NCBI GenBank assembly: GCA_030390025.1
Contig: CM059432.1
Coordinates: 83,330,001 to 83,394,000 of the forward strand
From: Squalus acanthias
Taxonomy: Eukaryota
Length of the DNA stretch: 64,000 nt
Direction: 5' to 3'
The position numbers were made by a program, and so were the translations under genes. The notes beneath the pieces were generated by a model, which was given only the letters and a program-made list of their open reading frames with translations, was not told where the DNA came from and ran no database searches. Position 1 is the first letter of the stretch; every line of letters starts with the position of its first letter. Positions 1-14,044 of this stretch are shown in pieces.

Positions 1-220
1 CTTGTATTTATATAGCGCCTTTAACGTAGTAAAACATCCCAAGGCGCTTTACAGGAGTGTTAATAAACAAAGAATTTGACACCGAGCCACATAAGGAGAA
101 ATTAGGTCAGGTGACCAAAATCTTGGTCAGAGGTAGGTTTTAAGGAGTTTTAAGGTAGTGAGGCGGAGAGGTTTAGGCAGGGAATTCCAGAGCTTAGGGA
201 CTAGGCAACAGAAGGCAAAG
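1..220 (-). mobile_element. L2-type LINE/SINE 3' end fragment
   Basis: Starts with CTTGTATTTATATAGCGCCTTTAACGTAGTAAAACATCCCAAGGCGC. The same terminus occurs at 9181 and 21988, and the 9181 copy is attached to L2-like RT sequence. Confidence 0.65.
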
Positions 221-222
221 GG

Positions 223-880
223 GTGGAAGTTATGCTACAGTTGTATAAAGCTCTGGTTAGACTGCATCTGAAGTACCGCGTTCAGTTCTGGGTACCGCAC
301 CTCAGGAACGATAGATTGGCTTTGGCGGGGGGGTGCAGCGTAGATTCATCAGAATTATTACATACAATTTACAGCATAGAAACAAGCCATTCGGCCCAAC
401 AGGTCTATGCTGATATTTATGCTCCACACGAGCCTCCTCCCACCTTACTTCATTTCACTATATTATTCAACATATTATTCAATTCCTTTCTCCCTCAAGT
501 ATTTATCTAGCTTCCCCTTAAATGTATCTATGCTATTCGCCTCAACAACTCCATGTGGGAGTGAGTGCCACGTTCTCACCACTCTAAGAATTATCTCCTG
601 ATTCCTTTTTGGATTTATTAGTAACTATCTTATATCTATGGCTCTTAGTTCTGGACTAAGTGGAAACATCTTTACTACGTCTACCCTATCGAACCTCTTC
701 ATAATTTTAAAGACCTCTATCAGGTCGCCTTTTCTAGATAAAAAAGCCCCAGTCTGTTCAGTCTTTCCTGATAGTTGTTCTCTTTAGGTTTGGGTCTCAT
801 CCTTGTATTTGTTTTTGCACTTTCTCCAGTGCCTCTATATCCTTTTTGTAATATGGAGATCAGAACTGTGCAGAGTACTT
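223..880. mobile_element. Degenerate CR1-clade LINE fragments (both orientations)
   Basis: The ORF at 223 reads EVMLQLYKALVRLHLKYRVQFWVPHLR (CR1 ORF2 C-terminal motif). 358-880 resembles the reverse complement of the CR1 3' region seen at 27841-28400. Confidence 0.7.
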
Positions 881-2006
881 CTTGGCTTTTGAATTTCTCT
901 AGAAATGTTGTTTTGTTTGCATTTTTTATGGCTTTGTTATCCTGAATTGCTACTATTAATTTTTTTTAATTCGTTTATGGGCGTCGCTGGCAAGGCCAGC
1001 ATTATTGCCCATCCCTAATTGTCCTTGAGAAGGTGATGGTGAGCCGCCTTCTTGAAACGCTGCAGTCCGTGTGGTGAAGGTACTCCCACAGTGCTGTTGG
1101 ATAGGGAGTTCCAGGATTTGGACCCACCGACGATGAAGGAACAGCGATATACTTCTAAGTCAGGATGGTGTGTGACTTGGAGGAGAACTTGGAGGTGGCG
1201 GTGTTCCCATGCGCCTGCTGCCCTTGTCCTTCTAGGTGGTAGAGGTCGCGGTTTTGAGAGGTGCTGCCAAAGAAGCCTTAGCGAGTTGCTGCAGTGCATC
1301 TTGTAGATGGTACACACTGCAGCCACGGTACGCCGGTGGTGGAGGGAGTGAATGTTTAAGGTAGTGGATGGGGTGCCAATCAAGTGGGCTGCTTTGTCCT
1401 GGATGATGTCAAGCTTCTTGAGTTTTGTTGGAGCTGCACTCATCCAGGCAAGTGGAGAGTATGCCATCACGCTCCTCACTTGTGGCTTGTAGATGGTGGA
1501 AAGGCTTTGGGGAGTCAGGAGGTGAGACACTCGCCGCAGAATACCTAGCCTCTGACCTGCTCTTGTTGCCACAGTATTTATGTGGCTGGTCCAGTTAAGT
1601 TTCTGGTCAATGGTGACCCCAGGATGTTGATGGTGGGGGATTCGGCGATGGTAATGCCGTTGAATGTCATGGGGCGGTGGTTAGACTCTCGCTTGTTGGA
1701 GATAGTCATTGCCTGGCACTTCTGTGGCACGAATGTTACCTGCCTCTTATCAGCCCAAGCCTGAACGTCGTCCAGGTCTTGTTGCATGCGGGCATGGACT
1801 GCTTCATTATCTGAGGAGTTGGAATGGCGCTGAACGCTGTGCAGTCATCAGTGAGCATCCCCATTTCTGACCTTATGTTGGAGGGAAGGTCATTGATGAA
1901 GCAGCTGAAGATGGTTGGGCCTAGGACACTGTCGTGAGGAACTCCTGCAGCGATGTCCCGGGGCTGTGATGATTGACCTTCAACCAGCACAACCATCTTC
2001 CTTTGT

Positions 2007-2174
2007 TCTCTGTCTATATATACTGTGTAATCGATTTGTATTCCCTCACTGTACCTGAAGAAGGAGCAGAGCTCCGAAAGCTCGTAATTTCAAATAAAAC
2101 TGTTGGGACTATAACCTGGTGTTGTGTGACTTCTCATTTTTGTCCACCCCAGTCCAACACCGGCATCTCCGCAT
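2007..2174 (+). mobile_element. Penelope-like element terminal-repeat fragment inserted in the LINE
   Basis: Flanked by a 13-bp direct repeat CATCTTCCTTTGT (1994-2006 and 2175-2187). Contains a hammerhead core and AATAAA. Closely related to 57060-57154. Confidence 0.75.
2050..2090 (+). ncRNA. Minimal hammerhead ribozyme motif (Penelope-associated)
   Basis: CTGAAGA-A-GGAGC-AGA-GCTCC-GAAA-GCTCGTA: CUGAnGA core, stem II and GAAA. Confidence 0.7.
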
Positions 2175-4527
2175 CATCTTCCTTTGTGTTAGGTATGACT
2201 CCAGCCAGTGGAGAGGTTTCCCCCCCGATTCCCATTGACTTCAGTTTTACTAGGGTTCCTTGATGCCACACTCGGTCAAATGCTGCCTTGATGTCAAGGG
2301 TAGTCACTCTCACCTCACCTCTGGAATTCAGCTCCTTTGTCCATGTCTGGACCAAGGCTGTAATGAGGTCGGGAGCCGAGTGGTCTTGGCAGAACCCAAA
2401 CTGGGAATCAGTGAGCAGGTTATTGGTGAGTAAGTGCCGCTTGATAGCACTGTCGATAACACCTTCCATCACTTTGCTGATGATTGAGAGTAGACTGATG
2501 GGGCGGTAATTGGCCGGATTGGATTTGTCCTGCTTTTTGTGGACAGGACATACCTGGGCAGTTTTCCACATTGTCGGATAGATGCCAGTGTTGTAGCTGT
2601 ACTGGAACAGCTTGGCCAGAGGCGCGGCTAGTTCTGGAGCACAAGTCTTCAGCACGATAGCCGGGATCTTGTCAGGGTCCATAGCCTTTGCTGTATCCAA
2701 TGCGCTCAGCCATTTCTTGATATCATGTGGAGTGAATCAAATTGGCTGAAGACTGGCTTCTGTGATGGTGGGGACCTCAGGAGTAGGCATATATGGATCA
2801 TCCACTCGGCACTTCTGGCTGAAGATGGTTGCAAACTCTTCAGCCTTGTCTGTTGCACTCACGTGCTGGGCTCTGCCATCATTGAGGATGGGGATATTCA
2901 TGGAGCCTCCTCCTCCCATTAGTTGTTTAATGGTCCACCACCATTCATGACTGGATGTGGCAGGACTGCAGAGCTTTGATCTGATCCGTTGGTTGTGGGA
3001 TCGTTTAGCCCTGTCTATAGCATGCTGCTTCCGCTTTTTCGCATGCATGTAGTCCTGTGTTGCAGCTTCCCCAGGTTGGCACTTCATTTTTAGGTGCACC
3101 TGGTGCTGCTCCTGGCATGCTCTTCTACACTCTTTATTGAACCAGGGTTGGTCCCCTGGCTTGATGGTAATGGTAGTGAGGATATGCTGGGCAATGAGGT
3201 TACAGATTGTGGTGGAATACAATTCTGCTGCTGCTGATGGCCCACAGCGCCTCATGGATGCCCAGTTTTGAGCTGCTAGATCTGTTCTGAATCTATCCCA
3301 TTTAGCACGGTGGTAGTGCCACACAACACGATGGAGGGTAATGATTTGTGAATGTGTATCCTAGATCCCGAGATTTTTGTTAGGCAAGAGTATTAAGGGA
3401 TATGGAACCGAGGCGGGTAAACAGAGTTAAGATACAGATCAGCTATGATCTAATTGAATGACAAAACAGGCTCGAGGGGCTGAATGGCCGATTCCTGTTC
3501 CTATGGTGACTACAGGTCACCAACAGGTGGACTGAATATCATAATACAGATATCCAACAGGGAAAGGAAAGTCTGACATCCCCATTAAAATACCATGTCA
3601 CTCAACATAGCATAGATCTCTCTTGCACTTATCCAAAGTGACGCATAAGGTATTGTAATGTCTCAATCACAATATCCTGCTATCTGGTCACTAATTTGGC
3701 TCCCCAGGAGAAATGTGTCAGCTCATGAGGTTTCTTTCTTATGGTCCAGAAATGCAGCAATTTTTCATTACATGGTGTACAGCTAGATCAAATTCCAAAA
3801 GAACAAAAAGGTCCATTATCACAGATATCTGCATATGTAGAATTAGTTGATCACATTTGAAGTTTCAAATTTCACGCATGATGTGGGACTAACTATTATT
3901 TCACAAAAATGAAAAGCAAAGTTTTCTGTAATACCTAGAATACATGAAACTTTTTAAAAATAGACTGTAACTATAAATCAGATTAAATGGCAGGGTATAA
4001 CATTGTTTTAACATGATCAGAGGATAATTACAGATGAGGAAGGCCATTCAGTCCATCTTAGTTCATCCATCCAGAATGACCCTAAAGTCCTCCCACTGCA
4101 TGATCGAATTTTTTATTATAATGATTTCAGGGTTTTCATGTCCACTACCCTATCATTCATGTATTGGTCACTCTGTGTGAATTTCCTGATATCCGTCTTA
4201 TGTTTGCTTTTTAATAGTTTGAATCTGTGTTCCCTCTTGCAATTTAAAGTAATATTCCAGATTTAGTTTGCATTACGTTAAATATACTCTATAAGATCAC
4301 CTCTCAGTCGTTCTTCATAACGCAAACCTTTGACACTAGGGTTCAGTTTTGTGGTTCCCTACACTTCGGCCAGTGCTTGAATGTCTCCCTTGTGTATTAG
4401 TGACCAGAACTGGATACAGTACTTATGAAGTCTGACCAGAGCAGTGCAGTTTAATCATGACTTCCTGTAACTTTATTATTCTACTGCTTTGATGACTGCT
4501 GCTCTGCATTGGTTAGACATGGTGGGG

Positions 4528-4976
4528 TCATAGAATCATGGAAATTTACGGCACAGAAGGAGGCCATTCGGCCCATCGTGTCCATGCCGGCTAAAAAAAG
4601 AGCTATCCAGCCTAATCCCACTTCCCAGCTCTTGGTCCGTAGCCTTGTAGGTTATAGCACCTCAAGTGCATATCCAAGTACTTTAAATGTGATGAGGATT
4701 TCTGCCTCTCCAACCCTTTCAGGCAGTGAGTTCCAGACTCCCACCACCCTCTGGGTGAAAAAAGTTCTCCTCAGCTCCCCTTTAATCCTTCAACCAATTA
4801 CTTTATATCTATGCCCCCTGGTTATTGACCTATCTATCCACTCTACCAAGGCCCCCTCATAATTTTATACACCTCAATCAAGTCTCCCCTCAGCCGCCTG
4901 CGTTCCAAAGAAAACAGACTATCCAATCTTTCCTCATAGCTAAAATTCTCCAGTCCTGGCAACATCCTCGTAAATT
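4528..4976 (-). mobile_element. CR1 LINE 3' fragment
   Basis: The minus translation includes FTRMLPGLENFSYEERLDSLFSLERRRLRGDLIEVYKIMRG. CATAGAATCAT-type tail at the left end. Confidence 0.8.
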
Positions 4977-5251
4977 TTGACTTTTGGGTGGTTAGCTGGT
5001 GGAGTACATTGCTCGGCCACTCATTCGGCAGCGAAGAGACGGCTGCGATTTTGAGGCCCAAGCCTCATTTGAACTTGGCAGACAAGCTGCGGATGGCAAA
5101 CAAGCGTCCTGATGTATCTTGCTGCTCTGCAGCCTCAGGAATGTCAGCCGACTACAGCTGACTAGAATGCTGGCAGAGGCCCACAAGTAGGTGCTCGGAG
5201 GGAATGGACACGATGCCAAGGCGGGGCGAGGCTGGTCAGGCAGCAGCCTGC

Positions 5252-6403
5252 ATTTTAAAAAATTCATTAATGGGATGTGGATATTGCCCATCCCTCGTTG
5301 CCCTTGAGAAGGTGGTGGTGAGCCGCCTTCTTGAACTGCTGCAGTCCATGAGGTGAAGGTACTCCCATCGTGCTGTTAGGGAGTTCCAGGATTTTAACCC
5401 AGTAACGATAAAGGATCGGCGATATACTTCCAAGTCAGGATGGTGTGCGACTTGGAGGGGAACTTGGAGGGGTGGTGTTCCCATGCGCCTGCTGCCCTTG
5501 TCCTTCTAGGTGTAGACGTCGCAGATTTGGGAGGTGCTGTCGAAGAAGCCTTGGCGAGTTGCTGCATTGCATCTTGTATATAGTACACACTGCAGCATGT
5601 TGCGCCAGTGGTGGAGGGAGTGAGTGTTTAAGGTGGTGGATGGGGTGCCAATCAAGCGGGCTGCTTTGTCCTGGATGGTGTTGAGCTTCTTGAGTGTTGC
5701 TGGAACTGCACTCATCCAGGCAAATGGAGAGTATTCCATCACACTCCTGACTTGTGCCTTGTAGGTGGTGGAAAGGCTTTGGGGAGACAGGAGGTGATTC
5801 ACTCGCTGCAGAATACCCAGCCTCTGACCTGCTCTTGTAGCCACAATATTTATCTTGCTGGTCCAGTTAAGTTTCTGGTCAATGGTGACCCCCAGGATGT
5901 TGATGGTGGGGGAATTCAACTATGATAATGTCAAGGGCAGGTGGTTGGACTCTCTGTTGTTAGAGATTGTCATTGCCTGGCACTTGTGTGGTGCGAATGC
6001 TACTTGATACTTATCAGCCCAAGCCTGAATGTTATCCAGGTCTCGCTGCATGTGGGCACAGACTACTTTATTATCTGAGGAACTGCGAATGGAACTGAAC
6101 ACTATGCAGTCATCAGCAAACATCCCCACTTCTGACCTTATGAGGGCGGGAAGATCATTGATGAAGAAGCTATAGATGGTTGGGCCTAGGACACTGCCTT
6201 GAGGAACTCCTGCAGCAATGTCCTGAGGGTGAGATGGTTGGCCTCCAAAAACTACAACCAGTTTCCTTTGTGCTAGGTATGACTCCAGCATGTTAAGAGT
6301 TTCCCCCCGATCCCTATTGATTCAATTTTCCTCAGGCTCCTTGGTGCCACATTCGGTCAAGTGCTGCCTTGATGTCAAGGCAGTCACTTTCACCTCACCT
6401 TTA
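5252..6403 (-). mobile_element. 5'-truncated LINE family A copy
   Basis: Minus ORFs 5920-6291 (GVPQGSVLGP, FADD) and 5506-5919 are collinear with the other family A copies. Confidence 0.9.
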
Positions 6404-6902
6404 AGTGGAATCAGGAGGAGCACTCCTGTTCCTTCTAATTTCCAGCCGATTCCTGATCAGAATGCCAGTACACATGAGCAGAATGTTCGTTCTCGCAAGT
6501 TCTACCCATATTTTCCTTACAATTACATGGGAAAGAGGCCTACCGCTTATTTCAGGTAGGCGCTTCGGATGGCCAACAGTAGGCCTCTGTGAAAGTTACA
6601 TACGGCCGATCGTCGAGGTTAACAGGGCGGTTAGGATACTGACCCTATTTCAAGGCCCATACCACCCGTTAACGCCGATGTTCCCTAGGCCCTGTAAAGT
6701 CTTGAGTCTATTATGATTCCTAGGTCTCTTTCAACTTCATCCTTTTAATTACTGCATTTTACAATGATTTACATATTATGCTGTTAATTCAGACTCAAAT
6801 AATTCTTTGTGATTTCTATCAGACGTAATATGCATACATTTACAGATATAAAAAGAATCAAAAACTTGCTCATTAAAAAGGAAACATTATGTCCAAGAAT
6901 AC

Positions 6903-7029
6903 CTCAGTGTGGCTCCCTCAGTCTCCAACACATCTCCATCCTTTAGATATGTGTACTGACTCTCACCTTTTCCGATTGTCTCTTTTTGAGGTGGCCTGTG
7001 TGAAAGTTTGCTAATTTGAACATCACCAC
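6903..7029 (-). CDS. LACTB2: LACTB2 coding exon 3 (metallo-beta-lactamase-fold endoribonuclease); not in the ORF track
   Basis: ataag|GT GGT GAT ... translates to [43 protein letters not shown]|gtattc, matching vertebrate LACTB2 (...YLKDGDVIKTEGATLR). 127 nt, phase-compatible with exon 2. Confidence 0.93.
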
Positions 7030-7808
7030 CTTATAAAATTCAAACAGACACATTAAAAAACAGCAGTGGTCTAATTTATTTACAATTTTAGAGGATATCG
7101 TAGACCTAGTTAAGATAATGTAGACTGTTTACAAATCTGAAAACACTCAAGGAATTAGATATACAGTATGTACAAACGAGCTAATCTCTAGATATATAGA
7201 CAACAGCACTATATTTATTATTCTTTTCAGATTAAAGAAACATTCTATATTAAGATTCACTAATGGTGCTTAACAAACAAGTCATGTACTTGTACAAATA
7301 AGCCTTGAATGCTCAAATAGAAAATAAAAGTATTAGTAATTTGCAGTTTGCTTTAGTTTCAGTTACTAGCACTGTACAATTTGCTGTCCCTGGAGTCTCA
7401 CTCTTATTATAGAACTGATATAGAAAATACACAACAGGAGACCATCATTTGGCCCAGCTTACCTGTGTCGGTTCAGCTCCACTTTGGAGCTATTCACAGA
7501 ACTTGCATTTGTATAGTGCCTTTAATGTAGAAAAACATTCCAAGGCATTACTCAGAGTTATAATCCAAAAAGGATGACTAACCAAAGGATGAGGCATGTC
7601 TCATGGGCGAGATGAGCTCGGACAGGGCATAGAGAGAGGCAGGAGAGAAACGAGTGAAAGGCAAAGAACATCACATAACATTATTAGTAATCTCTGCAAT
7701 GAGTTTTATGTGTCACTTTTTAAAAGAGAGCTTTAAAGTCCAGATATACCACATCCACAGCATTCCCTATTGTCTATACGTTTGGTAGTCTCCTTTAAAA
7801 ACGTCAAT

Positions 7809-8497
7809 GGCCCGGATTTTGCAGTGGTAATGACGGCAAACTGTCAGTGTTCGCCGTCATTACCTCTCTGAAACTGACCGTAACTTCAGGATTTAGCGCA
7901 TGCGCAGCTCAACGCAGAAATCCTGAAATTGCAATCAGTCATTCACTGTTCCGCCACAGGCTGCGCTGTGGAAAACCCCGTAGCCGGCAATCAGTGAAAT
8001 CAGTTGAACTGATAAAAACTTAGGCTTTTTTGCTTTAATAGCGCTGTTAAACACCCCATAAACAGTTAAGCCTTGTTGGAATAGGTGTAACTGGGGTTTT
8101 AACGACATATTGACTGCTGAACAACCGTTCTGGCTCTGAAAAACAAATTTTATATTTGTGGAATGTCAAATATCTCTATTATGCTACCTTAACCCCATGT
8201 GTATGTCCCAATCTTTATTTTGCTCTCTGTAAAAAATTTTAACAAGTGAATTGATAATCAGTGATTTTTATTTCCTGATTTGCTGTCTGAGAACTCTTCA
8301 ATGTGATTGGCTGCTTAGACAAATTGATGACATCACTGCTGTTCTATGCTGGGATCCCCTTTTGACAGTGCTACAATCAACTTAACATCGAGAAACCTCA
8401 AGTTTTCGCCATAGAGATCGTGAGATCTTTGTGGGTAGTTTTCTTCGTGGTCAGTGGCGATCACTGTCGTTTCGCCGCTGACCGCAAACTCCAGGCT
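7809..8497. mobile_element. Non-autonomous Harbinger-type MITE
   Basis: Imperfect TIRs GGCCCGGATTTTGCAGT / ACCGCAAACTCCAGGCT. 3-bp flanks AAT/ATT. Subterminal hairpin GTAATGACGGC...GCCGTCATTAC, AT-rich core, GATTGG box. Confidence 0.7.
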
Positions 8498-9180
8498 ATT
8501 AAATTATTCGAGTGACTTGCCCTTTACAAATCAGTTTTGACAAATAAAAACTTAATCGTTGCCTTGTCCCCATACTGCAAGCTGTTCACAAAAAGGTTTT
8601 GCCATGTTTTAATGGAACAAATCCAAACAGAAAAACAGGTTACTTCAATTAACTAAATTTGATTTAAACCAATACTCTCTAATTTTGACTTCAAGTAAGC
8701 TTTCTGATTGAAGTTTAAAAATGACCTAAGGTTTCCTATCATCACCATTATAGCTCCTAAATTCTGATGCTTCACTATTGAAAGTTACCAATGACATTTG
8801 AGTTCTGAATGCAGTTTTGCTTCACTTGACTTTCTTCATATTATACAGAAAATATTTTGGTAAATATATAGTTTCATAGTAAAAACTAACACGATAGAGC
8901 AGTGCTGTCTCTATTTCTGCTATATTGGGCCTGCATACGTATATTTATACCAGCTACATCCAATCCATTAAAATATAACTGAATTTTGAATTACATTGTG
9001 ACAAACAAATTCCTGCTGATACTACAAATTATTTTTCTGGTGTTAATTTTTATAATACTGCATTACAGATTTACTGTAAAATCCAGTGTTTTAAACCCCC
9101 TCTATTTTACAGCTGTAGTTTTGGTAAACCACCTACAAGTTACTTGGCATCTGAGTTACTCCTGTTCCTGGAGAATATAA

Positions 9181-9990
9181 AAACAACAACTTTATTTATA
9201 TAGCGCCGTTAACGTAGTAAAATGTCCCAAGGCGCTTCACAGGAGCGTTATCAAACAAAACTTGACACTGAGCCACCGAAGGACATATTAGGACAGATAA
9301 AGAGGTAGGTTTTAAGTCTTAAAGGAGGAAAGAGAAGTAGAGAGGAGAGATTTAGGGAGGGAATTCCAGAGCTTAGGGCCTTGGCAGCTGAAAGCACGGC
9401 TACCAATGGTGGAGCAATTAAAATCAGGGATGAGCAAGAGGCCAGAATTGGAGGAGCGCAGAGATCTCGGAGGGTTGTAGGGCTAGAGGAGGTTACACAG
9501 ATAGGGAGGGGCAAGGCCGTGGAGGGATTTAAAAACAATGATGAGAATTTAAAAATCGAGGCGTTGCTTAACTGGGAGCCAATGTAGGTCAGTGAGCACA
9601 GGGGTGATGGGTGAACGGGACTTGGTGCGAGTTAGGGCACAGGCAGCAGAGTTTTGGATGACCTCAAGTTTATGGAGGGTGGAAGATGGGAGGCCGGCCA
9701 GGAGTGCGTTGGAATAATCAAGTCTAGATGTAACAAAGGCATGGATGAGGGTTTCAACAGCAGATGCGCTGAGACGGGGCCGAGTCGGGTGATGTTATGG
9801 AGGTGGAAATATGTAGTCTTAGTGATGGCGGACAAGCAGTTAGACAATTTAGTGGAGAGGTCGAGAAAGGTGGTGGTGAGGTAGAGCTGGGTGCTGTCAG
9901 CGTACATGTGGAAACTGACACTGTTTTTGGATGATGTCGCCGAAGGGCAGCATGTAGATGAGAAATAGGAGGGGGCCAAGGATAGATCAT
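9181..9990 (-). mobile_element. L2 LINE 3' portion (degenerate)
   Basis: The minus translation contains SFHMYADSTQLYL (L2 YADDTQLY-like) and TYFHLHNITRL. (TTG)n tail at the left end. Confidence 0.8.
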
Positions 9991-10275
9991 GTTCAAAGGC
10001 ACATTGGTGCTTCAACATATTGTACCAGAGTTCTGCATCTGTGATTCCACATAGTGAGCTTCTCAGGAAGATGCTAATCACCATCTAGAGCTACAGGCAA
10101 AATTTTAATAGCACTGTCCCCCCTTTCCCATTAAAAGCACATAGCAATATAGTTATCATATTACTAGTTAGCATTTATTTCAGCATGAAAGTTTATTCAG
10201 CACAAAGCTGGAAATACATATGGCTATATTTTCAATTACTAGTGACTGGGAGATCATTTACCTCAGCGTACTCAC

Positions 10276-10439
10276 CTTCAACAACACTTAATAATACATC
10301 TGGTATGCCTCCAACATGATCGATGTGCCAGTGAGTCACCAGAATTTCTTGAATACTAGCATTCAATTGGGTCAAAGTTTCTTTTAAACAGCTGATGTAT
10401 TCGGGTACTGCTGGATCGCCTGTGTCAATCAAGAATCGT
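10276..10439 (-). CDS. LACTB2: LACTB2 coding exon 2
   Basis: cctacag|A CGA TTC TTG ... [55 protein letters not shown]|gtgagt. Contains the HxHxDH metallo-beta-lactamase motif. 164 nt. Confidence 0.96.
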
Positions 10440-11344
10440 CTGTAGGAAAAATATTACGGTATTCAATATCAACTTGAAATTTCTTTTTAACTTTACATTG
10501 CCTGGTTGACTTTTTTCACCTCTTATACTAACTGCAGGACCACTTCCTAAAATAATGTTGCAATATAAACACGCTATAATGTTTAAAAAGTCAGAAGGAA
10601 GGATTAACTTCATTGTAGCTCCTTTTTTATTCTTTGAAGATGCATCTTCCACTGGGTGCTGGCGCTGAACCAGGTCTGGATCACATTCTAGGGATACCAT
10701 GTGGGCACCCGGTTATCACGTTTTATATGATGTGTGCTGAAGTCAGCTAATGCTGACCCTTGGTCCTGTTCCACTGCTTAAAAGTGCTGTACATGAAATG
10801 GATCGGCAATTTGTTTTGATCAATGCTAACTATTATATAATTACTACATGCACTCACCACAAGCCCCGAGGGGGCAGTCAGGTAGGGTTGCATTGTGTGG
10901 GCAATGCATGCTTGAAGAAAGAAGACCTTCATTCAGTTTTCTCACACACCACAGAAAACTAACTTAGAAGAACTAAGGATGTGGAGGAAGGAGAGCCTAA
11001 CCAGGTGGCAGAGACCAAGTCCAAACAGCAGTGCTTGGTGAAAGTATATGAATTACTTCATGTAATAGCTTTGCTGATACAGTACTATATGGAAATTTGT
11101 CTTAAAAATGCACAAGCTTCATCTGTGGAATAGATAGCGTGAGCTCCAAGAGCCACTGGTTCAACTACAAGATAGATGGTAACAGTGTAGAATGCATTCC
11201 ACTATCCAGAGGTTTGATGGAGTTGGGGGGTGAAATACAATAGCTGCTGCAAAACTAAATTAAGATCCCAATTTGGTGCTTCATTTTCAAAATGCCTTTG
11301 TGAAATGAGACAAGCATATGCCCTCCTAATGAGCCTATACAAAA

Positions 11345-11740
11345 AAGACTTACATTTAGATAGCGCTTTTCATTTGCTCAGGACATGCCAAAGCACTCTG
11401 CAGTCAATGAATTACTATTAGCGTACTCACTGCTGTTATGTAGGTAAACACAGCATCCAATTTGCACACAGCAAGGTCCCACATATACAGCAATGAAATG
11501 ATGACTAGTTAATTTATGTTTTCTGGCGTTAGTTGAGGATAAATGTTAGCCACGATACCAGGAGAACTTCTCTGTTCTTCTTTGAATGGCTCCATGGGAT
11601 CTTTTATGTCCACCTGAACAGGCAAATGGGGCCTCGATTCATCATCTCAGCTGAAAGACAGCATCTTCACAATGCAACACTCCTCAGTACTCCACTAAAG
11701 TGTCAACCTAGATTATGTGCTCAAGCCCTAGAGTGGGGTC
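11345..11740 (-). mobile_element. DeuSINE-type SINE with L2-derived tail (degenerate, 5' truncated)
   Basis: The reverse complement contains a Deu-domain-like CAGGTGGACATAAAAGATCCCATGG...GAAGAACAGAGAAGTTCTCC. Similar to 38311-38757. Confidence 0.7.
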
Positions 11741-14044
11741 AAGATGACTGTACATGCCAACCTAGGAAATTAACAAAAGCTAACAGTTTCAAAAAAGCAG
11801 GCAGTCGCAAAAACACTGACTACTCAAGAACATCCCTGATATACAAAAACAAGTAGTTACACAGGCTTTGTAATTTAAGTTGTAGATATGCACAACATTT
11901 TTCACCTATATTGGATGAAAAAAACTCTTGTATGTGAAAGACTGAAGGGGCAATCCAAGTGTTGAAGGCACAAAGTTGATTGTACATTTCTAGAGGGATT
12001 GGGGACATGCTCCCTTAATTTTGAATTTTTACACTATAACTAATGCATTCTGGTTCATTTTAAGCACTTTTATATATGGCAATTCGGATTTTCAACAGAC
12101 CAACCAGACCATCACATCTCTGAAATTGACCTCAATGATCATTCTCTCGTATCCAAACCCCCACCCCCACCTCCCCCCCCCGCCCACTGTTCCAGTCCAG
12201 AAAGATACTCTCGGCAGAATTTTAACTTTGCCCAAAATGGGCATGAAATTGGTGGTTTATCTATGGCAGGCCGCTGTAGATTTGAGAGGCCTGGAAGAAC
12301 ACTCCTGCTTCTCTGGGACCTAAAATAATCCCCCCCCAAAAAAACTTCCAGACTGTTTTTGGAGTGTCCTCCAGCGTCTCTTTTAGGACCACTGGTTAGG
12401 CTCCATTACACCTGGTACAACTGGGCCGAGCATGCAATGTGGATTCTCCACCCATTTGTACATGAAAATGGCAATTGGGGTCCTTTAACCAGTGTAGGAT
12501 CCTGATTTGTATACTTAAACAGCCTCCCGAGTCCCATTTGTTTTGGGCGGGAGAACTTGGTGCCCATTTAAAGGCCCATCTGAAAATTGAATCAGACAAG
12601 CTTTGGGAATGAAAGGGGTCTCCAATGTGCCCCTCCGATCTTCCTCTGCTGGTCGCCCATTTTTTAAACAAGAAACAGGTGCGTGGCAGTTGAAAATAAT
12701 CTCCTCAATCTCTTTTGGATCCAGTTCACAGAGACAATGCATCACACAAACTCTCCAACATTGCAGATACACTTTCTTCTCCAACTTTTCCAGTTCATAC
12801 TGGCACTCTTCTAACTCTCTGCTGTCAATTCAACATGACACATTTCTTCCACTCTCCTCCATTCAAGTTGGTATTCTTCCTGCACCCTCTCCCCTATAAT
12901 TCATGCTGATACTCTTGTCTCTCTACCCATTCCATTCATGTTGGCTCTCCCTCTCCATACATCCTCTCAGTTACTGCTGGTACTTTTTTTCTTCCCCCAC
13001 CCCAAAGTGTTGAGAAGTTTCTGCCCTTATCCTCTCCCTTTTCTCTTTCACTGCCATCCACTCCCCTTTCTCCTCTTAGCACTTTTCCATCTCTAAGAGA
13101 GCAGGATTGCTGAGAGAGCAGGATCAACCAGACTCAAGAGGGGCTGGAGTTGGGGAGGGCGGGCAAGGTCACGAGGGGCCTGAGTGGGTGGGGGCATGGT
13201 CAAGAAGGGCCGGAGTTGGCTGTGGGGTGGGGGAGCAAGAGACGCAATTTCTGAGTGAAATAAAGCATCAGTTGTGATGGAACTCCTAAATCTTGGAATT
13301 TTTTTTGGATTTGTGCCGAACGCCTGTGTCAATTCGCTGATTTGCACAAGCGTGAAAAAAAATTCACCGATTTGAGCATGCGTGAAAAATACGTCAAAAG
13401 GTCGGGCTCTGTGAATCGACACTGGCCGAATTCTATTCTTTTGGCAGTTCTTTCTTGATGAAAGGCATTTAGAAAGAATCCAATTTATTTTAACAGTTCT
13501 CAACAGCCAAAAGTCTGGGAGCATATTATACACAGGTACTACATTTATTGAAGATTTGTGGTGCAAAGTGTGAGGATGATGTATTGCATGGAGGTGTATT
13601 ATACTCAAAGATTTATGGTAATATTCAGTGTGTCATACAGTAAAAAATAAATCCAAGTGTCCTTTGTATTATCTCCAGTAGGAAACCTCATTAACCAGGT
13701 GGGTTGAGCTCCGAGCTCAGTCTGCTGACTTCAATCACGGCAACTAATGTTCTGGGCCTGTTGGAGAGCTAGGCCATGGTATTAGCATTTCTACTTCAAA
13801 GTTAGAGAGGATGTTTGCTCATAATTTTGTGTTTTCAAGGGAGCTAGGAGTGATGTGATAGAGGGAGCTTTGACTCCAGTGTCTCTGTAAGGTCTGACGT
13901 AGCTTAGAACACTGTACAGCTCTATTTTACATCTTGCTGCATCCAGCAGATTCCCTGTAGCCTTTACATAAAGGGAGGAGAGATTGGAGTGCTCAGGATT
14001 ATACTGGAGAAAGTTATGTTTCGGAAAGTGTAATGGTCAAAAAC

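Larger units (their letters stand above)
961..3340 (-). mobile_element. 5'-truncated LINE (CR1/L2 group, 'family A'), frameshifted RT pseudogene
   Basis: Minus ORFs 2737-3324, 2134-2700, 1736-1996 and 1015-1572 give consecutive RT motifs (NPANYRPISLLS, LDIKAAFDRVWH, GVPHDSVLGP, LTDD). The 3' end matches the copies ending at 16718 and 62865. Confidence 0.9.
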